A stretch of 64,000 nt of DNA from Candidatus Latescibacterota bacterium (GCA_965198115.1 OZ240241.1:3456001-3520000), one strand, 5' to 3'. Counted from the stretch's first letter, positions 50,019 through 62,493 are shown. Program-made: numbers and translations. The notes: generated from the sequence alone by a model not told the origin.

Positions 50019-50369
50019 GTGAAGTGGGACAACACCTACTCGATGATCGGTCGGTCCTGGCGTGAACACTGGGAGCACATCACCCCGTTCTTCGCCTACC
50101 CACCAGAGATCCGGAAGGTGATCTACACGACGAACGCCATCGAGTCAATGAACGCATCGCTCCGGAAAGTCACGAAGAACAGAGGCGCGTTCCCGAATGA
50201 TCAGGCCGCCATCAAACTCCTGTATCTGGCGATCCGAAACATCTCCAAACGATGGACCCGGCCACTGAACGATTGGAATGGGGCCATCAACCGGTTCGCC
50301 ATCATGTTCGAAGATCGTGTCCCGTTAAAGTAATCGTGTCACCAGTTACACAAATCTCTGGACACACCC
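50019..50369 (+). mobile_element. 3' fragment and right end of a third IS256-type element
   Basis: IRKVIYTTNAIES, FPND.A.KLLYL; end TTACACAAATCTCTGGACACACCC. Confidence 0.85.
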
Positions 50370-51404
50370 GTGGTGGCGCTGGCAGTACAATCACATCAGA
50401 CCACACAGCTCATTGGGCTATCGCCCACCTGCACCTGAAGCGGTCACCAAACCGCTCACCGCAGCCATATCCTAACTCTGGATGTGGACACATAGATGGG
50501 GGCAGGTCATCACCAAGTCCGCACGTTCAAACGTCATCGTCCACATATCGTTCATTTCAACCTGTCAAACCATTACCAATCTCACTACAGCATACTTGCG
50601 GCGAGTGCGGCTCGCGTCAAGCACCGCATTGCGACCCTTCATCTTCCTCCCCGAGCTCGCACCACTAGCGCAAGGGGGAGAATGTTCGAGCACATCGTCT
50701 ATGCCCGCCTGAATCGAGTCATTATGGTCTGCCATTCCAGCCGGTGTCTCTTACACGAATTCACCTCATTCCCCAACCACCTGTCACGCGTCGTACACAA
50801 CGGAGTGCTGGAGCACCGTGGGAGGCAAAGACCCGAGGGTTGGCGTTGCGATGGTCGAACGGTGATTGGTTTCGTGGGGAGGCTCACAAGGCAGAAAGGG
50901 CTTCCACATCTGCTTCGAGCAATGGCGACACTGGTCGGCGCAAAATCGAATGTCCGCCTGGTCATCGTCGGCGACGGTCCCGACAGGGCTGAGCTCGAAA
51001 CTCAGGTCGCCTCCCTCAGAATCCAGGATTCGGTGTCCTTCGAAGGGTTTCGGCCCGACGCAAGAGATTGGATCGCCGGGTTCGATATCTTTGTACTACC
51101 CTCTATCTATGAGAGTTTTCCGATCTCTATTTTACAGGCCATGTCCGCCGGAGTACCCGTAGTGGCGTCCACGGTGGATGGTATCCCTGAGGCCGTAGAG
51201 GGCGGCGTGACCGGACTTCTGATTCCACCAGCGGATCACGGTGCTCTCGCAAGAGGGCTGCTTTCTTTGGTCGATTCTCCTGACACGAGAGCACGGCTGG
51301 GCTCAGCAGGCAAACAGCGATACGAGGAGCACTTTACTGCGGCCGGAATGATCGCGCAGACTCAAGACCTCTACAGTGAGATGGTGGCGAATCACGTGTC
51401 TTGA
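50370..51404 (+). pseudogene. GT4 glycosyltransferase, 5'-truncated/frameshifted next to the IS256 end
   Basis: VGRLTRQKG, VGDGP, ESFPISILQAM, GIPEAV; N-terminus not canonical. Confidence 0.75.
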
Positions 51405-51658
51405 GACTTGAAATTGTAGGCACATCGAGACTGAAGTATCTTCCACCGGGCGTGTTTGTAAAAGGGAAGGATCGGATGTGTTGAAACGGTTCGTACACCG
51501 GGTTCTTGGTCGCCGACCGTCACCCTTGATCGACTCGACGGGCGACCACAACACCCGGGTGACCGCAATGGAAGTCTCGCGTCTCTTGCCGCGCTGTGGC
51601 GATTTCGATCGCCCTGCTACCACATCGTTGGCCTCTACGCGAGTGAATCGACGCGGCG

Positions 51659-52331
51659 TTGCAAACTGCGCCACCCCAGAGAAGGCCAGTGAATGACGGC
51701 CTGAATACCGAAAGCGTTGGTCGCCCGGACGCTTTCCTCGGCCCAATCACACAGGCCGTTCGCGATCTGGCTGTAAACCGATATGGCACGACCGAGGGCA
51801 GAACGCTCGATGCGGCGTGCGGGAATGGCCTATTCTTTGCGGCCCTCCCGCAAGGCCGATCCCGCCTGTTCGGCTCCGATTTAGCTCGGAGCTTGCTTCA
51901 GGAAAGCCGGTTGGTCTTTACCGACAACAACCTGACCGGTGTGGTGCTCTTGCAGGCGGATGCCGCACATCTCCCATATCACACAGAGACTTTCGACAGT
52001 GTTTTCTTTCTCAATACATTGGTCAATTTTGCTGACGACCGGATTGTGGTAGAGATCCTGGAAGAGCTCGGGCGCGTCTGCCGACCCGGAGGCCGTGTTT
52101 TCGTCGATTTAAGGAATGTTAAGGAACGGTCGGAATCTTCTGCTCCGACTTCGGTACTGGCTGCACAACCAATCCGCCGATTTCATTACGCGGGGATATG
52201 ATTTCAGGTCGATCGCCAGTAGATTTAGAACATTCGGATTCGATCCTGTCCTGGTCCACGTCGCTGCCCGGAGATTCCCAATCGGCCCTCTCGCCTACCT
52301 CGTCGAAGCCCAAAAACCTTCGCGGGTTTAA
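51659..52331 (+). pseudogene. Class I SAM methyltransferase, frameshifted near 52125
   Basis: LDAACGNG, ADAAHLPY..FD, RVCRPGG; C-terminus continues in another frame. Confidence 0.75.
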
Positions 52332-52389
52332 TCTTGCCGGGCTTTGACCTACATTCAGACCACGTGCCAGCTACAAGGCGGGACTCCGC

Positions 52390-53604
52390 ATGCGCTTGAG
52401 AACACCATCGGCGGGAACCCCGATTGCCCTATCTGATCTGGTCGGTAGCCTGGTTTCCGGAGAACATTGTGAAGCATTCCGGGAAGATCTCGGGGATTTC
52501 CTGGGAGCTCCTCACTGTGCACTCTGTGGCTCAGGAACTTCCGCGTTCTACGCGACTCTTCTCGCACTGAGCAAGCGATCCGACGCCACCGAAGTCGTCC
52601 TACCGGCCTACACAGCGCCTTCGCTTGTTCTGCCCGTTCTCGAGGCCGGCTTGCGACCTGTCCTGGCTGAGACGTCTGTTCACACCCTGAACGCCGATGC
52701 CGACTCCCTTCTGAGTCGCTGCGGGCCTCGAACGCTCGCGGTCGTCCCGGTACATATGTACGGGTTGGCCACAGATGTGGCGTGTCTTCGCGACGGCCTT
52801 CCGTCCGAGACCTGGATCGTTGAAGATGCGTGTTCGTCGTTGGGAACGTGTGTCGGGGGAGAGCAGACAGGCACGACCGGACACATCGGCTTCTACAGCT
52901 TTAACCGGGGGAAGAATCTGACAACCCTCACCGGGGGAGCGATTTCCTCGAGGGACGAGGAGCTGATCGGGGCAGTCAACGAACAGATGACTTCCTTTCG
53001 CAAACCTGGCCGGGTCGAACGAGTGGAGAAAGTCGCCATGTCGGCGGCACTAGCCCTTGCCGTGCGGCCCTCCGTCTACACCGCCCTGTATCCTCTGATC
53101 GAGCGGCACAAATACAACGGCCTGCATACTGATTTCGACGCCTGCGGCTACACGCCATTTCGGGCCGCGCTGGGCAGGCGGATTCTGTCCCGCTTCGACG
53201 ACATCTGTGAGGCGCGTAGGACGAACGCTGGGCTGGCACGGCGAAACCTGTCGGACGTCGACGGGGTTGCTCTACCCACCGTTCAGGCGGGATCTGATCC
53301 GGTCATGAATCAGTTCCCCATTCTTCTGCCGAATCGGCAGGCGCGGGACCTGGTGCACGCTCGCATCCTCGAAACTGGCTTGGAAACGACACGCCTTTAC
53401 CCCGACCCGGTGCACCTCATTTACGACACGATTTGGGACGGCTTCGGGCCAGACCCCTATCCGCAGGCGACACAGATTTCGGAACGGCTAATCCTGCTTC
53501 CCGTTCACCCCCTGGTGTCGCGCGTTGTCCTGCAGAATGCGTTGGGTATACTCGTCGACGTGATGAGCGGCATGAAGACTCCCGAGGAGGCGTTGACCCC
53601 GTGA
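52390..53604 (+). CDS. DegT/DnrJ/EryC1/StrS PLP aminotransferase
   Basis: SGTSA, VHMYG, EDAC, SFNRGKN, GG. Confidence 0.9.
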   Translation: MRLRTPSAGTPIALSDLVGSLVSGEHCEAFREDLGDFLGAPHCALCGSGTSAFYATLLALSKRSDATEVVLPAYTAPSLVLPVLEAGLRPVLAETSVHTLNADADSLLSRCGPRTLAVVPVHMYGLATDVACLRDGLPSETWIVEDACSSLGTCVGGEQTGTTGHIGFYSFNRGKNLTTLTGGAISSRDEELIGAVNEQMTSFRKPGRVERVEKVAMSAALALAVRPSVYTALYPLIERHKYNGLHTDFDACGYTPFRAALGRRILSRFDDICEARRTNAGLARRNLSDVDGVALPTVQAGSDPVMNQFPILLPNRQARDLVHARILETGLETTRLYPDPVHLIYDTIWDGFGPDPYPQATQISERLILLPVHPLVSRVVLQNALGILVDVMSGMKTPEEALTP

Positions 53605-54766
53605 TTGCCCGGAAAAACCTGCTTCGGAACATCGGCAAGGCCCTGACACAGCCACGCTACGCCACAACGACGGCATTCAAGCGACTCCGATCCACCGCCA
53701 GCTACCATCTTTCGACGGTTATAGCGGCCCGCCGGAAACGGTATCACTCTTCCTGACCTTCAAGTGCAACCTGACGTGCAGCATGTGCGGGCAATGGGGA
53801 GACAGCGGCGCTTTCAAGGCTTTTGACAACGAGGTCCTACGAAAGCAACTCACCATCGAAGAGATCCAACGTATCGTGGACGACCTGAGTGTCAGCAGAC
53901 CCAACGTGACGCTCTTTGGCGGCGAACCGATGATGTATAAGGATTGGACTGACGTTGTGTCCTACATCAAGAGCAAGCGCATGCGATGCAACATGGTCAC
54001 CAACGGAACGCTGATGTCAGTCTACGCCGAGCGGATCGTCGACTCGGGCATGGACGAGATCATCCTATCGCTCGACGGCACCGAAGAGGTCCACGATGTC
54101 ACCCGGGGAGAAAAGGGAACGTTTCGGAAACTCGTCGAAGGCGTCGGGGATGTAGCGAGACTTCGCGACGATCGTGGCCTGATCCATCCCGCGCTGAACA
54201 TCAACTGCACTCTGTACGAAACCAACTACAGTCGGCTTGACGAGATTGTCGAGATTGCCGAAGACATGGGTGCCGACAACATCAATTTCCACCATTTGCT
54301 GTTCATCAATCAGCCCATGTACGAAGACCACAACCGGATCTTCAAGCGTGAGCTCGGCCAGATCACACCGGACTGGGCCGGGTTCGTGTGGAAGGATTTA
54401 CCGGAGATGGATCCGGAGGTGGTCATCGAATCGATTCGCAGGATCGAACAATACCGGGGTCGTATGAACGTGTCCGTTTACCCCAACTATACGGACGATG
54501 AGATCAGGGCCTACTACTCCGGGTTCGAATTCGAGTCGACCAGCTACCCGAATCGGTGTCTGAGCCTATGGATGACGGCCTACATCATGCCAGACGGAGC
54601 CGTGCGGCCTTACCACACCATGAACTTCTCACCCGGCAACATCCGCGAGGCGTCGTTCAGCCAGATTTGGAACAACGACGTTTACCGCAACTACCGTCGC
54701 CTCGTGAAAAGACGAAAGCGCTTTCCCGTATGCGCCAAGGGTTGCACCGAGCTCTATCGCTACTGA
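53601..54766 (+). CDS. Radical SAM protein with SPASM/twitch-like tail, frameshift near 53712
   Basis: CNLTCSMC in frame upstream of the listed ORF, GGEP, TNG, SLDG, C..W...DG.V, GNI, CAKGC; 5' part in another frame. Confidence 0.85.
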
Positions 54767-54768
54767 GC

Positions 54769-57509
54769 ATGTTCGCCCTCGTGGGTGTCGCAGCTGTCCA
54801 GCCCGTACGGGCCGATATGCCCTATCGACAGGCCAGGGGCGTTATCCACCTGGATTCGACCGTCAGCGGAGGCGACTATTCGCCTCAGGAGATGATTGAG
54901 TTCCTCCGCGAGCACGACGTCGAGGTCGCGCTCTTTTCCGACCACGACACGGTGCGCTGGGACTATGGCTTCTTTCCTTCGCGATGGATCATCGGACGGA
55001 TCACCGGATGGATCATCGGGAAGGCTTTTGGTCGGTCCGGATCTGTTCAATCGTACGGGCCGGAAGACTACGTGTCGCTGCTTGACGAGCTCGATGCCAC
55101 CTACGAGAACATACTCGTTATACCCGGTATCGAAGCGATACCCTTCTTCTATTGGGAGGGCTCGCTCCTCTTCAACACCCTGTCCATACACGACGTTTAC
55201 AAGCATCTACTGGCGTTCGGGTTGGAGGCGGAGGACTATGCCGAAGTCCCGTCTATCGGAGAAGGCTTCCACCGACGCATCGGCCTCTCGACGCTATTGA
55301 GCTTGTGGCCGATCGCGCTCCTCTACGTCGCCTACAAGCTCCACTCGCGCCCGGAAAGCATCGGACGCATTGCGGGCCGCAGTCTGGCCATCATCGCTCT
55401 CGTGTTCCTCCCCAGAACTTTCCCTTTGCTTATGGCACATACGACCAGTATCACGGGAATCAGGGTACGGCTCCCTATCAAGACTTCATCGATCACGTAT
55501 CGGATCGGGGAGGGTTGGTCTTCTGGGCGCATCCGGAAATCGAAGTCGATCGCGTCATTTCCAAGCCTCCACTCAAGGTCCGGATGCGCACGGATGCCTA
55601 CTACAATGATCTACTCTACACGAGCAACTACACTGGCTTCAGCGCATTTTACGAAGGCATGAAATACGTCATCCCTCCCGGTGGCATCTGGGATCGGGTA
55701 CTCGAGCAATATGCCACCGGGATCAGGCCTCATCCGGTCTGGGCAATCGCCGAGGGTGATGTCGAAGGGGATCACTTTTCACCGGAACTGAGTCAAACCG
55801 TCTTCCTCCTCGAATCATTCACCAGAGAGGATGCTCTCCTGGCCCTCGGAACCGGTCGTGTTTTCGCCATCGCAGGGCCAAATGGGCGGTACGCTTCGCT
55901 GAACAGCTTCGAAATGCGGTCGGGTGACGCCGTCGCATACATGGGTCAGACGCTCACGCATGACGGGCCGGTGACGCTCAAGGTTGAGGCCTCTCTCACA
56001 GGTCCGGTCGCGCAGTCACTTCTGACCGTCCAGGTCATAAAAACGGTCGGCTGCTCAAGAGCGAAGAAGGGAAGGGATCCGTAACGATTGAGTTGACCGA
56101 CGAAGACCTTAGGGTTCGCGAATAAATAAAAAACGGTCGATCTCAATGTTGAGCCATTGGCCGGATCGTGTAGTTCCAGTCGCCGTGGAAATCGTGCGGA
56201 GTGAGATCGATTTGGGTCATCTGTTCATCGGTCACCTTGACCCCGTTAGGGTAGGGTCGCTTGTCGATCTCGGAGCGTACTCGGAGACCGGCTTGAGTGG
56301 TTGTTCCGGCAATGAGATTCACGGTTGCAGCCAGGCTGACCAGGGGCTTGCCTCGCCAGTTCATAGCGATGAAGGAGAACAGGCGATGTTCGATCTTGTT
56401 CCACTTACTAGTGCCAGGAGGGTAGTGGCATACGGTGATCGTCAGGCCAGTGCGATTCGCAAAGCGCTGCAGCTCCCACTTCCACAGCCGCGTCTTGGCG
56501 CCGTTGCTGCCGCCTGCGTCCGCCGTGATTAGCAGATGCGTCGAAGTGCCGTAGGCGGGCCGTCCCATGTTCTTCCACCAACTTCGGATCGCATTCACGG
56601 CGAAGCTGGCCGTGTCGTGATCGATACCGACACTTACCCAGCCTTCATCACGGCTCAGATCATACACTCCATAAGGGATCGCCTTGCCCTGAGCAGGCAC
56701 TATGAAATCGTGTACCTTCACACGCTCCGGGTCTCCCTTGGGTCGCCATTCTCGGCCAGGATTCTTGAAGTCGCCGATCAACTCTTTCTTCTTGGTGTCC
56801 ACCGAGATAACGGGAAGGCCCTGCTGCTGCTGCTGGCTAATCCGATCATCGAGGTAAACGAACTGAGCGTCCCGATCCGGGTGTGCAGATCCCTCCCTTG
56901 TCTTCCGATTCGCCTGCAGCGTGTAATCGTGTTCGTGCAGGAGATTGGCAACGATCCTGGGGCTCACCGAATGCCCCATCGCTTGCAACTCGGCGGCCAG
57001 TTTGCGAGTGCTCTTCGATGTCCATCTCAGAGGATTGTCGTCAGGCGACCCCGCAGTCGTTGGCTCGACCAGATCATTCAGGTCCTGCCACAGCGTCGGG
57101 TCCGTGTCGGCCTTCCGCTTACGACCGCCGCCTGGACGCCGGATGCGAGCCGGGTCCAAAGGTTCGTCCGACCTCAACTCCTGAATGCCACGAAAGATCC
57201 GCTCTCTGGACATTCCTGTCGCCAGAGCCACAATCGCGATCCCACCGTGACCCAACGCTTCGGCTTCCGTGGCGGCCCACAGACGACGCGTGCGTTCCGT
57301 CAGCACCGGAGCCAAGGCTTCATACTTCGTTCGGAGAGTTTCGACGTCCACACTCCGAGCGTAAGATCATTACCTTGAAAAGTGCAGCACTTATTTCGTG
57401 GCAAACCCTAACCTCGGGCCGCCTCCACTTTTACCGTGTCGATGTCTACGCGCCCAAACAATCCCGGCTCCTAACGAACCCGATTTTCGTGGATCGCCGA
57501 TCGGGGTAA
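54769..57509 (+). pseudogene. Membrane-anchored PHP-domain phosphoesterase-like protein, frameshifted and split by ISAzo13
   Basis: GVIHLDS, SDHD, IPGIE, WAHP; C-terminal FYRVDVY..LTNPIFV lies after the IS. Confidence 0.7.
56112..57408 (-). mobile_element. ISAzo13-family element with intact transposase (56143..57351)
   Basis: ISVDTKKKE, TADAGGSN, PPGTSKWNKIEHRLFS; IRs GGGTTCGCGAATAAATAA / TTATTTCGTGGCAAACCC, TA on both flanks. Confidence 0.92.
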
Positions 57510-57511
57510 CA

Positions 57512-58669
57512 TTGCGTAAGCAACGCATTCTCAATGTCATCACGCGGCTGGAGCGGGGTGGTGCCCCGATGGCTCTTCTCCACACGCTGGAGAGGTACGA
57601 CCGAGGACAGTTCGAAATCCACCTGGCTGCAGGCCGGGCACACGATCGAGCCCTCGATCTGCTTGTCACCGGGCAACCCATTTCGGTACCTCTGAGTTTC
57701 ATCCCCAACCTGCAACGCAACATCCACCCGTTTCGGGATCTGCTGGCAACCCTCCATCTTTTCGTTCTGATTCGACGTGGCCGTTACGACCTCGTGCACA
57801 CCCACACATCGAAAGCTGGATTCCTGGGTCGATGGGCAGCTTGGGCGGCGGGGGTCCCAGCCATTCTGCACTCCTCACACGGAACAATCCTCGAGGGATA
57901 CTTCTCCCCGGCGGTCACCTGGCTTTTCGCAACGCTTGAGAGGCTTACCGCCCGCATTTCGAGTGCCATCATCTGCCTGACCCAGCTCGAGATCTCCCAG
58001 TATCTGCGAGCCCGGGTGGGGTCTCGCTCCCAGTATACCCACGTCTACAACGGCATCGACCTCGAGCGCTTCCGTCCCCGCTCGAGTGCTCGTCAGTCCG
58101 CGAGGAATCGTCTAGCGTGTGGACGCGACACAGTCGTCTACATGACGGTCGGTCGGCTGGTCCCTGTGAAGGGATACGACGATCTGCTTCAGGCTTTTCG
58201 CACAGTGGTGGAGCGGGTGCCCCAGTCAAAGCTGTTCATCATCGGCGAGGGGGAACGTCGTGCCCGACTCGAGCGGCAGGCCTGCACACTCGGTCTGGAA
58301 GAAGCGGTGGAATTCCTGGGTTGGCGAGAGGATGTCGATGACCTGCTCGATGCGTGCGATGTTTTTGTGTTGTCCTCGTTGAACGAGGGGCTTGGACTCG
58401 TAGTGGTTGAAGCCATGGCAAAGAAGCTGCCCGTAGTTGCGACGAGAGTCGGTGGCGTTCCGGAGGTGGTTGTGGAGGGTCGGACAGGCGTTTTGGTGAA
58501 ACCGTCGTCACCGAACGACATGGCCGAAGCGATGGTGGAGCTTGGGTCGAGCCCAGAGCTTCGATCGGCCTTCGGGTCTGCGGGAAGAAGGCGTGCCGAG
58601 AAGTATTTCTCAATTGAGTCGACGGTTCGCAGTACCGAGGCGATCTATGTTTCTCTGTCGAGGCCTTGA
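57512..58669 (+). CDS. GT4 glycosyltransferase
   Basis: ITRLERGGA, HTHTSKAG, VGRLVPVKG, EGLGLVVVEAM. Confidence 0.92.
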   Translation: MRKQRILNVITRLERGGAPMALLHTLERYDRGQFEIHLAAGRAHDRALDLLVTGQPISVPLSFIPNLQRNIHPFRDLLATLHLFVLIRRGRYDLVHTHTSKAGFLGRWAAWAAGVPAILHSSHGTILEGYFSPAVTWLFATLERLTARISSAIICLTQLEISQYLRARVGSRSQYTHVYNGIDLERFRPRSSARQSARNRLACGRDTVVYMTVGRLVPVKGYDDLLQAFRTVVERVPQSKLFIIGEGERRARLERQACTLGLEEAVEFLGWREDVDDLLDACDVFVLSSLNEGLGLVVVEAMAKKLPVVATRVGGVPEVVVEGRTGVLVKPSSPNDMAEAMVELGSSPELRSAFGSAGRRRAEKYFSIESTVRSTEAIYVSLSRP

Positions 58670-59361
58670 TCGTGATCGCCAGCATTCATCAACCTCAGTA
58701 CGCCCCGTGGCTTGGATACTTCGACAAGATGTTTCGCGCCGATGTGTTCATTCTTCTCGACACAGTGCAGTTCAAGAAGAACGAGTTCCAGAACAGAAAC
58801 AGGATCAAGACCGCCCAGGGGTGGCAATGGATTACTGTCCCGGTTCGATATAGATTCCCTCAACTCATTTCCGAAGTCACGATCAATAACGACGTAAACT
58901 GGCCCCACAAGCATACCCAAGCACTCTTCGCGAATTACACGAAGTCTCCTTTCTTCGAAACGTTGATGCCGGTTTTCGACGACTGGCTATCGAAGACTTG
59001 GTCTTCGATCTCAGATCTGAATAGCTGCACGGTCAAAGTGATCGCCGAGCAACTCGGCGTCCAGACCGAGGTTCGATCGACGGACGGGATGACGCTGTCT
59101 GAGGATCCGACGGGCCGCCTGATCGACATCTGTCGAGCGGTTGGCGCCACGACCTACCTTTCCGGCGCTGGTGGAAGCAGCTATTTGGACGAGCAGCAGT
59201 TCGAAACAGCCGATATCGAGCTTAGATACCAGAGGTATGAACATCCAACGTATGACCAGCTCTACGAAGGTTTCCTTCCCTGCATGTCCGCTCTCGACCT
59301 ATTGTTCAATCACGGCCCATCCAGCCTGGACATCCTTACCGGCCGTGGTGCGAGACCGTAG
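58666..59361 (+). CDS. WbqC-family protein
   Basis: HQPQYAPWLGYF, QNRNRI, YLSG.GG, SALDLLFN. Confidence 0.92.
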   Translation: MIVIASIHQPQYAPWLGYFDKMFRADVFILLDTVQFKKNEFQNRNRIKTAQGWQWITVPVRYRFPQLISEVTINNDVNWPHKHTQALFANYTKSPFFETLMPVFDDWLSKTWSSISDLNSCTVKVIAEQLGVQTEVRSTDGMTLSEDPTGRLIDICRAVGATTYLSGAGGSSYLDEQQFETADIELRYQRYEHPTYDQLYEGFLPCMSALDLLFNHGPSSLDILTGRGARP

Positions 59362-59459
59362 CCATCTGTTACGGGACATAGTCACCCTTTTTTGCGAACA
59401 ATTGGAATCGTTACGATCTTGGACTGCAGGGGATCGAACCCTATCACGCGGAGCTCTGA

Positions 59460-61528
59460 ATGAACCAAGCGGAACCGATGCGCATTCTGGCTATCGGGGC
59501 CCACCCCGACGACATCGAATACGGCTGCGCAGGAACGCTCGTCAAGTACCGCCAGCAGGGGCACCAAATCTTCTTGCTTGTCGTTACCGACGGAGCCTGC
59601 AAAGCCGATCCGGTGGTGCGACGAACCGAACAGGAGGAATCGGCTCACATCATTGGCGCCGAGGAAGTCATCTTCGGGGAATTCGCTGATACAGAACTGA
59701 CGTGCTCCCGCGATCTCATCATGTTCATCGAGAAGATCGCCCGCGAGGTACAGCCTGATTTCGGCTTCGTCCCCTATCCCGATGACACCCACCAGGATCA
59801 TCGTGCTCTTGCGCAGGCCGCGATTCCTGCCAGCCGATCGCTGATTAAAAGGCTCTATCCGGGTTTCTCAACGGTGAAACTATAGAATGACAAGGTCATA
59901 GATCGTTCCCTACGCTTGGTTGTGTGTGTAGGACAATCAAAGCGAAGGGGGTGCGACCTATGACCGGGAGCAGATTACTATCGAAACTGCTGAGATTCAA
60001 GGGGTTCCGTGTTGTCAGCTGGTGGTTTGAGGGGAGAAGCTGTTTCGTCATCGCCGTAAAGCCACATAAGAATGGTTGTTGTTGTCCGGAGTGCGGCCGT
60101 CGAGGTAAAATCGTCCGCACAATGCCCCATCCGCGTCGGTGGCGTGACATTCCGGTGTGCGGGTGGAGGGTCTGGCTTCTCTACCATCCTCGGGAGATTC
60201 GGTGTCCTACCCACGGTCGTGTGGTCGAGGAGATTCCGTGGGCGGAGCGGTTCTCTCGGGTGACGTATCGCTTCGAGTATGCCATGCTGCGCTACTGCCA
60301 GACCATGACGCAGAAGGCGGCGTCCGAGTTGCTGCGCATCTCTGCCTCGACGCTGTCGGATCTCCTTCACCGATCCATCACGCGGCTTCGTGAAGGTCAT
60401 CGTATCCGAGGGCTCAAAACCATCGGGATCGACGAGATCTCCTACGCCAAGCGTCACAGGTACGCCACGCTCGTTTACGATCTGGACCGCTCCTGCGTGG
60501 TGTGGGTTGGCCGCGGCAGGGCGCGTAAAACGATCGATCGGTTCTTCACAGAGGCTCTCAGTCCCTACCGGAGATCCAAGATCGAGTGGGCCTGCTGCGA
60601 CATGAGCGAAGCTTGAAGCTTACATCGGAGCCATCCAGGAACACTGTCCGAATGCCAAGCTGGTCCTCGATCGCTTTCACATCGTCAAGGCTCTCAATGC
60701 CGCCGTTGACGAGGTCCGTAAGGACCAGTGGCGTAAAGCTGCCCCGGATGAGCGCAAAGCCATGAAGGGCCTCCGATGGCTCCTCTACCGGCACTCAGCG
60801 ACACGCTCCAGAGGGGATACTCGGACACTCAAAGCACTGGAGAAGGCGAACTACCGAATCTATAGAGCCTGGAGACTCAAGGACGAGTTCGAGCAGTTCT
60901 GGGAATACAAAGCGCCCTGGGCTGCCGAACGCTTCCTGAAATGCTGGACGACGTCCGCACTCAGAAGTCGACTTGAACCCCTGCGAAAGTTCGTCAGGAC
61001 CCTGCGACAGCACTTCTTCGGCGTCCTCGCATTCGTGAACACGCGTCTTACCAACGCCATCGCCGAAGGCCTCAACCGAATCGTCCAAATCGTCAAGAAC
61101 CGAGCCAGCGGATTCCGCACACTCGACGCATTCAACGATATGATCTTCCTTACCGTCGGAGACATAAACATCCCTGAGCAGATTCCGAAGAGGTTCCGCA
61201 CACGCTAACCGCGCCCCCATGCCAGGAACCACGGCACCTTCACCCACTTCATCTCGTTGAGAGATCCGGATATAGCCGATTAAAAACGTGCTTTACTACG
61301 ACGGTCTCTCCACGCAGAACTTCATTCCTAGTTTATGTCGACATCGAAGATGTCTTCGAGACCAAACTCGCCTGTCTCGAGGCTCATCGCTCACAGGTCA
61401 TGAACACCTACATCAAGGACATGTCGATCGTCGACGTCGCACGATCCGCGAATCACTTTAGAGGCATTCAAGGCCGGGTGAAATACGCCGAGGCATTCTC
61501 ACCCCTCAGACTGTTCATCAACATCTGA
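59460..61528 (+). pseudogene. PIG-L/LmbE N-acetylhexosamine deacetylase split by ISL3
   Basis: AHPDDIE, HQDH; resumes after the IS (IKNVLYY..., K..LEAHRSQ, YAEAF) with one further frameshift. Confidence 0.85.
59851..61277 (+). mobile_element. ISL3-family element, transposase frameshifted
   Basis: IRs GGCTCTATCCGGGTTTCTCAACG / CGTTGAGAGATCCGGATATAGCC, 8-bp TSD GATTAAAA; CPEC, GIDE, CDMS, DRFH, AEGLN. Confidence 0.93.
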
Positions 61529-61535
61529 GCCAGGT

Positions 61536-62493
61536 ATGGCCATCCCACATTCACGACCTTGCCTCGGTCGCGAAGAAGAAGAGGCTGCGATCGCGGTCGT
61601 TCGATCCGGCCACCTGGCGCAAGGCACACAGGTCGAGGGGCTCGAGAGGGATCTTGCTCGCACTCGCCTGTGGTGCTTCCTCTCGCGTGGCCATCCCCTC
61701 CTACGTCTGCTCAGCCCTTCTTCACGCCGTTCGCTACACTGGTGCCGAACCTGTTCTCGTCGATCTGCCCGAATCGGGCTACAACATCGCCCCGTCAGAT
61801 GTGCCGACCAGTGTCGACGTCGTTATCCTTCCCCATACGTTCGGCGTGGCGGCCTCCTTGGGGTCGGGGTCAAAACGTCCGATCATCGAAGACTGTGCGA
61901 TGGCCCTGGGCGCCACGTCCGGTGGAAAAGCCCTGGGATCGCACGGACCCATCGGCGTCTTCTCGTTCTACGCGACCAAGATGATCTGTGCGGGCGAAGG
62001 CGGCGCCGTGACCACCTCCGACGTAGGCCTGGCAGAGGCGGTCAGGGACCTCCGCGACTATGATGGACGAACCGATGCACGGGTTCGACACAACTATAAA
62101 ATGACAGACCTTCAAGCAGCGATTGCGCGTGTGCAGTTGGGGAAACTCGACGCATTCGTGGCCAGACGTCGGGAACTCGCGCAGACCTACGCCGACCGTC
62201 TCTCCGACCTTCAGATCGACTTGCCCCACTTTGGTCCGGAGGACGTTGCCTACCGATATGTGGTTCGCGTGAACGACGATCCCATCCGGCTGGAGCACGC
62301 GTTCGATAGCGCGGGCGTCTCGGCCCGCCGCCCCGTTCCGACACCCATCCACCGGGTCCTCGGTGATCCGGATTCACGATATCCCAAAACTTCGAACGCG
62401 GTCGATCGCTCACTCTCATTACCTCTTTACCCTGACCTGTCGAGCGCCGAGGCCGATCGCGTGACCTCAGTTGCGAGGGACCTTCTGGCGTGA
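61536..62493 (+). pseudogene. Second DegT-family aminotransferase with an internal deletion/frameshift near 61655
   Basis: IPHSRP..G..V..LE in one frame; EDCAMALG, SFYATK, GEGG, NYKM in another; the SSGT segment is missing. Confidence 0.8.

Larger units (their letters stand above)
34694..50369. mobile_element. Degraded genomic island / phage-satellite remnant at the tRNA 3' end
   Basis: Integrase abuts the tRNA; primase-helicase, xis, many IS and fragments follow. The right border is only inferred, since no second att copy was seen. Confidence 0.65.

Noticed and set aside
42425-50369. Integron with gene cassettes
   Set aside because: The recombinase lacks the integron-specific insertion, no attC-like repeats were seen, and the downstream pieces are truncated genes.
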